Below are positions 7,606 to 13,188 of a DNA stretch of 13,188 nucleotides, one piece after another. The notes beneath the pieces were generated by a model. The model ran no database searches, was not told the origin of the DNA, and saw only the letters and a list, made by a program, of their open reading frames with translations. Source of the DNA: a bacterium (GTDB lineage: Bacteria; Electryoneota; Electryoneia; Electryoneales; Electryoneaceae); NCBI GenBank assembly GCA_043801585.1, contig JAZDLX010000140.1, forward strand, positions 1 through 13,188, in the 5' to 3' direction. The translations under genes and the position numbers were made by a program. Each line of letters begins with the position of its first letter. The stretch's first letter is position 1.

Positions 7606-8919
7606 TTACTTGCTCTTGGCAAGATCTGACAGGTATTTCTGCAGGAAGCTGACTTCCGGCCATCCAGTCTGAATCCAGGAATAGTCACTGCGCGCAGGCA
7701 TGCTCTTGTCCTGAGCCATGAACCAGTCCGAATACTGCGGAATGAATTTGTTCTGTTCGAAGAATTGAATCCGGCGGTTGGCCTTATCCTGAACCGCGTA
7801 ATCTTCGCTGTTGGCCGCTTTCTTGAAGAGACCGTAAGCGATAGCAAGCACCAGTTTATCGTCGTATTCGATCCCGCGACCCTTCGATGCGGCATCCGAG
7901 CTGGCTTCGTACACCTGTCCGAGCAGGAAATCAGCTTCCGCCAGTGTGCCACCAGCGGCTTTCTTCGCATCGAGGATCCAGGTACGGGCTTTCACCCAAT
8001 CTTCAAGCTGGCGGAAGTTGTCCGCAATCTGCAGGCGGGCCTCATTATCGGACGGATCCCGCTTCAGCAGCGCCGAATAAGCGTCAATGGCTTCTTTCGA
8101 TTTACCAAGGTTCTCATACGCCTGAGCCTTGCGGCGATAGGCTTCCCTACGCGTCGCGTCACGCTTCAGCACCTCGTTCGCCTGACTGACAACCTTATCA
8201 TTAAGGTTTTGATCAGAATAGGCGAATAAAAGTTCCATCCGCTTTTCGAGATCGTCCGGTTTACCGGCCACCTCCTCCTCGAGGTGCTTGATATAATCCT
8301 CGGGCGCCCGGAATTTGCGAAGCAAGTAGGACAGTTTGTCTTTCACACTCTGGTCATCCGGAGAGAGCTTCTGAAGCTGCTCATAGGCGGCAATCGCCTC
8401 ATCCGGCATTTCCTTAACTTCATAGATCTCGGCGATCTTCTTGAGAAAGTCCACATTTCCGGTGTCGATCGCGGACGCCGTCTTGTACAGCACCAAAGCG
8501 CTGTCCATGTTTCCCTGCGTTTTCAGCATAAAGCCGAGTGTGCTGCACAGGAAGGGATCGTCAGGATGATATTTCAATCCAACGCCGAGGACATACTGGG
8601 CGCTGTCGGGCTGGTTCGTATTCATGTAGCTCTGGTAAAGACGGGACCAGTCATTGTACTGATGTTTGACATCAAGATTCACAACCTTCCAGAGGTATCG
8701 GCGCGCCTCTTCCCACTGACTCTGCTTCAATTTATCATACGCGAACATGCGAGCGATTTTCAGATCACGTTCGTTCGCTTTCGCAATTGAATCCTGCATT
8801 TGAGCGAGCTCTTCGGGACTTGGCTGCTTTGTTTTCTGTTGAGCAGCACATCCCGCAAGGAAAAGTGCCCCGACAATGGCCAGGACGATGGCTGTACTGC
8901 CATATACTCGAATCCGCAT
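7606..8919 (-). CDS. Tetratricopeptide-repeat lipoprotein
   Basis: Start reassigned from 9012 to ATG 8919 (RBS GGAGG; MRIRVYGSTAIVLAIVGALFLAG-C lipobox). Multiple TPR-like helical repeats, e.g. LGFMLKTQGNMDSALVLYKTA and AQAYENLGKSKEAIDAYSALLKRDP. Confidence 0.85.
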   Translation of the reverse strand: MRIRVYGSTAIVLAIVGALFLAGCAAQQKTKQPSPEELAQMQDSIAKANERDLKIARMFAYDKLKQSQWEEARRYLWKVVNLDVKHQYNDWSRLYQSYMNTNQPDSAQYVLGVGLKYHPDDPFLCSTLGFMLKTQGNMDSALVLYKTASAIDTGNVDFLKKIAEIYEVKEMPDEAIAAYEQLQKLSPDDQSVKDKLSYLLRKFRAPEDYIKHLEEEVAGKPDDLEKRMELLFAYSDQNLNDKVVSQANEVLKRDATRREAYRRKAQAYENLGKSKEAIDAYSALLKRDPSDNEARLQIADNFRQLEDWVKARTWILDAKKAAGGTLAEADFLLGQVYEASSDAASKGRGIEYDDKLVLAIAYGLFKKAANSEDYAVQDKANRRIQFFEQNKFIPQYSDWFMAQDKSMPARSDYSWIQTGWPEVSFLQKYLSDLAKSK

Positions 8920-8987
8920 GGTGTTACCCTCCAAGCCTTCGGCTCCGGCTTGCCCCTCCGTTATATCAACCAAACGTGTTTTGTTTT

Positions 8988-10214
8988 CTATCGTGGCCGG
9001 CGGACAAACCACCTCTCGGTGCTGCTAAATCCAAGTCGAATACCTGTGATCCGCTCCCTGACACCATTCGTTGCAACGTCACCCCGCCAGTCCATGGTCA
9101 AGGCCAAATCGAGCATCCCCATATGAGTCCGGACCGGAATCCCGACTCCCATTGAAATTCCCATCGTCTTCATCGGATGTGAGTCCGCACTGATATATTC
9201 GTGCCCCAGATGTCCGCCAGCCCGGTACGTCCATTTCTTGTACCAGGGATCCAGGGGAAAACGTGTGGGCAACAACTCGACTCCCAAACGTGCATTCCAC
9301 GCATCGGAGTAGGTATCCCACGATCCGATAACGTCCTGTGTCACTGAGCTCCAGGATTCAAAGGAGCCTTGTCCAAATGTGCGCACCCGGCCAACCATCC
9401 AGGCCGCACCGGCACTCAACGAAAGGGGCATCTCGAATGACCCGCCCGGGATTCCAAGCGAATCCCCCCCGACAATTTCCAGAGACCTGTGCACACTGAT
9501 CGACGCCGGTAACTGCACCGTCGCGGCAACCATCAACGGTCCCTTACTGTAATGCGTTCCCACCCTTACAAGAACACCAGATAATTCGTGACGGATGGTC
9601 TTGCCGGAAGATGAAAAATCGCCATTGCTGAATTGCAGGATCCAGACTCGGTCCAGTTTTCCGAAAACATAGTCGAGAGCGACGCCCATCGCCAGTGAAT
9701 GACCAAGACTTACTCCAAAGTTTGTGGAGAAGGCGGAAAGCCCGCCAACCCCGCTGAATGTCTCGGTCACATCGTATGAGGAGGTGGAATCCTCCGGTAA
9801 AAGACCGGATATCGTGGATGACCTTCGGGTTAAAAACGTGTAGTCCGTGAGGGTCTTGTAGGCGAAACCAATTCCCAGCGTGCGATAAATGGGCATCGCA
9901 AGAGCCACAGCGGGGAATCTCAGGTTGCCTGCGGTATCTGTTCCGGATTGCCGGTCCTCTGCGGAAGACAGCATGACGTCCGAGGACATCAGAAAACGCG
10001 TGCGGCCGTCACTCTTCCAGCCCGCCGGGTTCGCGGTCGAGATGTAAATGGAATCCGCTGTAAGGATGTCCACGCCTCCCAGTGCAAAGCTTCGAACGCT
10101 CAGAGCATCCACTCTGACGCCCGCCCCCAGCGTGGAGAACGGCGAGGAAGCCGAAGCTGTAAGCGTGCCGGTCAGCATCACGGCGATCACAAGAGTCGTT
10201 ATCCGTCCGTTCAT
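8988..10214 (-). CDS. Outer-membrane beta-barrel protein, FadL/OMPP1/PorV-like
   Basis: Sec signal peptide (…TASA-S), N-terminal RSFALGG…ANPAG typical of FadL-like barrels, alternating amphipathic beta-strands, C-terminal LGFSSTERWF. Confidence 0.75.
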   Translation of the reverse strand: MNGRITTLVIAVMLTGTLTASASSPFSTLGAGVRVDALSVRSFALGGVDILTADSIYISTANPAGWKSDGRTRFLMSSDVMLSSAEDRQSGTDTAGNLRFPAVALAMPIYRTLGIGFAYKTLTDYTFLTRRSSTISGLLPEDSTSSYDVTETFSGVGGLSAFSTNFGVSLGHSLAMGVALDYVFGKLDRVWILQFSNGDFSSSGKTIRHELSGVLVRVGTHYSKGPLMVAATVQLPASISVHRSLEIVGGDSLGIPGGSFEMPLSLSAGAAWMVGRVRTFGQGSFESWSSVTQDVIGSWDTYSDAWNARLGVELLPTRFPLDPWYKKWTYRAGGHLGHEYISADSHPMKTMGISMGVGIPVRTHMGMLDLALTMDWRGDVATNGVRERITGIRLGFSSTERWFVRRPR

Positions 10215-11443
10215 TCCGAATAGTCCGTGTAAATCACGCGCATGTACGGCCGCAGGGTGGTGTCGGCGCTGGTGATGTCATAGAAGACCGCACGACCCAA
10301 AGAATACCCGGGAGTAACCTGACGAAGCACGAGCCCTTTATTCGAGGAAGGATTCTTTTCCCACTCCCGTGCAAGGTTGGTGATATCCAGGATTATCTGC
10401 GACATTCCCTGACCGACCGCCTGCGCCGTGGACGTCCAATACAACATGCCGAGCGAATCGGGAAATTCGTCCCATTCGGTCGTCACCTGGAAATAGGTGA
10501 ACAAGCCCGGATCGCCGAATGCATAAATACCTGTAGTATCAAGACTTAAGTATAACTTCACTTTGTTGATGCTGGCGGTTTGTGGCGAAAGCGAGGTGAA
10601 GTCAGCTTTTAACAGTACGTTTCGTTCGAATCCGTTGCTCAAGTATAACCGCTGATCGTTTGTCGGTAACGTCAGATCATGTGCGAGATAGGTTGCATAT
10701 GAGGGCTTCATCTCGATCAGCGAGTCCGGGTGAAGCTCATCGCCGTCGATCACCGCGGCGCGAAACTTCAGCAACGGCAACAGACTGTCGCTGCTGGTCG
10801 TATAGGTATAGAATCGCTTGAGGAACGTCGCCGCGCCGGCGTTGACATGGAGCAGGATGCCGTTGCGAAGCGAATCAACCTCCCAGAGGTGCATCGTCGT
10901 TGTGTCGATGTCAAATTCAATCGAATCATCCGTCGCCGGAGTGCCGATCGGGGCAAAGCCGATGGTCGAACTGACAAAGGCGTAGTCGTAATCAATATCA
11001 CTCGAATCGAACGGTTCATCGATCCGCAGGACGTCCGCCTGCCAGGGGGTCCAATCAGTCACCTTGGCGGAATCGACGAGACCATAGGTATGAAGAACAA
11101 CCTTGGCTGAATGGTACGAGAGAACTGAATCCACGAAGAGAAATGGAGAGGGAAATTTCAACAGAATGTCCGCCATCATCCCACTCTGCTCACCGGCGAA
11201 AAGCAGCGCAGCGGAGGGTTTCCTCGAATCCCCCACGATTCGTGTTTGGGATTGGCGGATCTGGATAACGGTGTCCCGCAGCACACCCTCAACCTGACCG
11301 CCGACAACGGAAGAACCGACCTCGCTGTTGTACTGGCCGCATCCCACGCCCATCATCGCTGTCACTCCTAAAGCCAGGAGCAGCAGTGAAAAACGCACGA
11401 GGAATTCCCTCCTGTCACTTCGTACGAAAGACATCGTCCTCAT
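10211..11443 (-). CDS. Putative beta-rich lipoprotein (possibly DUF4270-like with a DNRLRE-like C-terminal domain)
   Basis: Start reassigned from 11752 to ATG 11443 (RBS AAGGAG). Basic N-region, hydrophobic stretch and GVG-C lipobox. Two similar beta-sandwich-like halves (LLKF…A.V.L…FDIDT…W…NGILL…P.L.F and LLKADF…V.LYL…LDITNL…W…NKGLVL…PYMRV). ATGA overlap with the barrel gene. The family name is tentative. Confidence 0.7.
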   Translation of the reverse strand: MRTMSFVRSDRREFLVRFSLLLLALGVTAMMGVGCGQYNSEVGSSVVGGQVEGVLRDTVIQIRQSQTRIVGDSRKPSAALLFAGEQSGMMADILLKFPSPFLFVDSVLSYHSAKVVLHTYGLVDSAKVTDWTPWQADVLRIDEPFDSSDIDYDYAFVSSTIGFAPIGTPATDDSIEFDIDTTTMHLWEVDSLRNGILLHVNAGAATFLKRFYTYTTSSDSLLPLLKFRAAVIDGDELHPDSLIEMKPSYATYLAHDLTLPTNDQRLYLSNGFERNVLLKADFTSLSPQTASINKVKLYLSLDTTGIYAFGDPGLFTYFQVTTEWDEFPDSLGMLYWTSTAQAVGQGMSQIILDITNLAREWEKNPSSNKGLVLRQVTPGYSLGRAVFYDITSADTTLRPYMRVIYTDYSE

Positions 11444-11473
11444 TTCGCTCCTTGATCCCGTTCCAGAACGGGC

Positions 11474-11502
11474 AATGTACGTTCGGGCGTCTGAGCTTGC
11501 AA
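11474..11502 (-). promoter_or_regulatory. Candidate sigma70 promoter for the lipoprotein-barrel-TPR operon
   Basis: TTGCAA (11502-11497), 17-nt spacer, TACATT (11479-11474), about 30 nt upstream of ATG 11443. Confidence 0.45.
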
Positions 11503-11550
11503 GCTGTCCTGAACGGTCGTCCTCCCCGCAACTGTCAGAAATTTCCCAAC

Positions 11551-12570
11551 CTACGGTTTGACGAGATGGATTGACAACGGTGTGCCACACGATGCGCAGG
11601 ATCCATCGCCGCGCACCCCGGAAGCGTCCACGGCCCACCCGGATCGACGAACGGCTGTTGCCCCACAGGAGGGACAAAGGGTGTCTGCGCCCCGTCTTGT
11701 GGAGATGTTGCCCAGGTAGACATACCTGAGGCTGGTACGCGCGACATCCCATGCTCGTTCCATGAACTCGAGCAAGGTCGGGGGTTCGCTGACGAGGTGG
11801 CGTGGAAAGTATCGGGAGAGGTGCAGGGGGATGTTCTCATCGAGGGAGGCAACCCATTCCGCGATCTGGTGGACTCCCTGTTCGTTGTCCGACATCCCGG
11901 TGACAAGGAGGTGGGTGATCTCGACATGCACTCCCGCCTCCACCATCCGTTTGATCGTCCGCTGGACAACATCGAGGCGGGCGCCGGATCCTGTTTTGTA
12001 CAGGCGGGGATCGGCGAACTTGAGGTCGACATTGGCGGCGTCGATCAGGGGAAGCAGCTCCTCGAGGGGATTCTCGTCGACATAGCCGTTTGTCACCAGA
12101 ACATTCACTCCTCCCGCCTTGCGAACGAGTGGCGCGGTGTCACGGATGGTTTCGAACCAGATCATCGGTTCCGCATAGGTGTAGGCGAGGCCAACGGACC
12201 GGTGTTCCATGGCGCGTTCCGCGAGGATTTCGGGTGGAATGTAACGGGTCGGCGCGTCGAACTGGCTGATCTCGCAGTTCTGGCACCATTTGCAGCGGAG
12301 GTTGCACCCGTTCGGACCCACGGAGGCGATGTTTGCACCCGGCAGGAAATGGTAAAGAGGTTTCTTCTCGATGGGATCGTGATTGAAGCTGACGACCCGG
12401 CCGTAATTCAGCGCCACCAGCTCCCCGTCCACCACTCCACGCCCCCGGCAGATCCCCACCTGCCCTTCGGAGAGTTTGCAGTGAACCGGACAAATTTCGC
12501 AGACGATCCTCGCACCGTCAACGTGAAAGTAGGGTACGGGTGGGCAGTGTTCGACGGAACTCGAGTTCAC
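11551..12570 (-). CDS. amrS: AmmeMemoRadiSam system radical SAM enzyme
   Basis: N-terminal CEICPVHC…GICR, family signature DPIEKKPLYHF, radical SAM motif CNLRCKWC, YTYAEP, VTNGY, NVDLK, LHLSRYFP, YVYLGN and C-terminal CPSC/CASC; GTG start with AAAGGT upstream. Confidence 0.92.
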   Translation of the reverse strand: MNSSSVEHCPPVPYFHVDGARIVCEICPVHCKLSEGQVGICRGRGVVDGELVALNYGRVVSFNHDPIEKKPLYHFLPGANIASVGPNGCNLRCKWCQNCEISQFDAPTRYIPPEILAERAMEHRSVGLAYTYAEPMIWFETIRDTAPLVRKAGGVNVLVTNGYVDENPLEELLPLIDAANVDLKFADPRLYKTGSGARLDVVQRTIKRMVEAGVHVEITHLLVTGMSDNEQGVHQIAEWVASLDENIPLHLSRYFPRHLVSEPPTLLEFMERAWDVARTSLRYVYLGNISTRRGADTLCPSCGATAVRRSGWAVDASGVRGDGSCASCGTPLSIHLVKP

Positions 12571-12574
12571 TTCA

Positions 12575-12610
12575 CATTACCTTTCAACAATTACTTGCTA
12601 CAAGGTAATG
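12575..12610 (-). promoter_or_regulatory. Hairpin occluding the amrS ribosome-binding site
   Basis: RNA CAUUACCUU-G-UAGCAA-[GUAA]-UUGUUG-A-AAGGUAAUG: 9 perfect bp plus 6 bp including G-U pairs and a GNRA tetraloop. The 3' arm holds AAGGU and ends 4 nt before the GUG start. Confidence 0.6.
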
Positions 12611-12692
12611 GCCACGGTTTCGGACACCAAGGGGAACTGAGTAGAACAAAGGGCTGCGACAATGCCCATTCGTCATCATTGTAATCAAACAT
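12591..12692 (-). CDS. Putative 33-aa leader or precursor peptide MFDYNDDEWALSQPFVLLSSPWCPKPWPLPCSK
   Basis: ATG 12692 to TAA 12591; AGGA 10 nt upstream; a perfect TATAAT at 12727-12722 would give a ~23-nt leader. Below the ORF-track size cutoff; no homology evidence. Confidence 0.4.
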   Translation of the reverse strand: MFDYNDDEWALSQPFVLLSSPWCPKPWPLPCSK

Positions 12693-12721
12693 ATTTGTTC
12701 TTTCCTGGCGTATTGCTTGCC

Positions 12722-12727
12722 ATTATA
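12722..12727 (-). promoter_or_regulatory. Candidate -10 box for the small ORF-amrS transcript
   Basis: Perfect TATAAT on the minus strand; the hexamer at 17-nt spacing (AAGTCA) is a weak -35. Confidence 0.35.
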
Positions 12728-12835
12728 AGATTTCCAATGTCAGGTGACTTGATTGAGGTGTCTCACGTTTCGTCCGAATGGATTATTATGTGTCAACCTC
12801 CGGCTTACTTTTTACCATCCCGTGGCTTTTCTTTT

Positions 12836-12865
12836 GTCATCCCCCGGCTTGACCGGGGGATCCAG
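12836..12865 (+). repeat. Palindromic REP-like repeat, left copy flanking the GIY-YIG gene
   Basis: GTCATCCCCCGGCTTGACCGGGGGATCCAG with a perfect 9-bp stem ATCCCCCGG/CCGGGGGAT and loop CTTGA. Confidence 0.85.
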
Positions 12866-12879
12866 ATGAGGTGAGTGAA

Positions 12880-13170
12880 ATGGCAAGGCTCTACTACGTA
12901 TACATCCTCGCCAGCGGTAGAAATGGCACTCTCTATATCGGCGTTACAAATAATCTGAGACGGCGGATCGAAGAACATAGGAGTGAGAATCCGAAGGCAT
13001 TTACCTCCAGATACAAAGTGAATCAGCTCGTACATGTTGAAACGTTCAACAACGTACGTCTCGCCTTACAACGGGAAAAACGATTGAAGAAATGGAAAAG
13101 GAGCTGGAAGCTGGAGTTGATCGAGAAAGACAATCCCACTTGGCGCGATTTGTCGGAAGATCTTCACTGA
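12880..13170 (+). CDS. Small stand-alone GIY-YIG nuclease family protein
   Basis: YYVYILAS…TLYIGVTNNLRRRIEEH (GIY-YIG motifs plus catalytic Arg), ALQREKRLKKWKRSWK (metal-binding Glu) and NPTW. ATG 12880 with GAGGTG upstream; GTG 12871 is the alternative start. Confidence 0.93.
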   Translation: MARLYYVYILASGRNGTLYIGVTNNLRRRIEEHRSENPKAFTSRYKVNQLVHVETFNNVRLALQREKRLKKWKRSWKLELIEKDNPTWRDLSEDLH

Positions 13171-13188
13171 CTGGATTGCCCGGTCAAG
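13171..13188 (-). repeat. Palindromic REP-like repeat, right inverted copy (truncated by window edge)
   Basis: Reverse complement CTTGACCGGGCAATCCAG matches 12848-12865 CTTGACCGGGGGATCCAG at 16/18; it starts at the base right after the stop codon. Confidence 0.85.

Noticed and set aside
8920..9012. N-terminal extension of the TPR ORF
   Set aside because: It overlaps the barrel gene; a GGAGG RBS and lipoprotein signal begin at ATG 8919.
11444..11752. N-terminal ~100-aa extension of the 513-aa ORF
   Set aside because: It overlaps amrS by about 200 nt and is Arg-rich and non-protein-like; the signal peptide, RBS and promoter all point to ATG 11443.
12791..12796. Perfect TTGACA on the minus strand
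   Set aside because: No usable -10 at 16-18 nt spacing (ACGAAA at 17 nt), and it is too far from the TATAAT at 12722-12727.
12662..13035. ORFs 12662-12874 (+) and 12805-13035 (-)
   Set aside because: They read through the palindromic repeat or run antisense to the GIY-YIG gene, with no protein-like features.
1..13188. CRISPR array, tRNA, rRNA or IS transposase
   Set aside because: No regularly spaced direct repeats, cloverleaf or rRNA signatures, and no DDE, HUH or recombinase ORF in the window.

Overview
Bacterial chromosomal window, almost entirely coded on the minus strand. In transcription order it reads: AmmeMemoRadiSam-type radical SAM enzyme, a putative lipoprotein, an outer-membrane beta-barrel, a TPR lipoprotein, rpiB, glyA, nrdR and an rnfCDGEAB operon, with rnfB running off the left edge. 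The envelope gene trio suggests a diderm, possibly FCB-group, organism (inference). The only supported plus-strand gene, at the right edge, is a small stand-alone GIY-YIG nuclease bracketed by inverted copies of a palindromic repeat, which looks like a REP-associated mobile unit. Other points of interest: (i) an unannotated 33-aa Trp/Pro/Cys-rich ORF with its own -10 box and RBS, whose stop codon lies in the loop of a hairpin covering the radical SAM RBS; (ii) four different palindromic repeat types in the intergenic spaces; (iii) nrdR overlapping rnfC, with a Rex/CRP-like palindrome upstream. All calls come from reading the sequence and motifs by eye; no searches were run.
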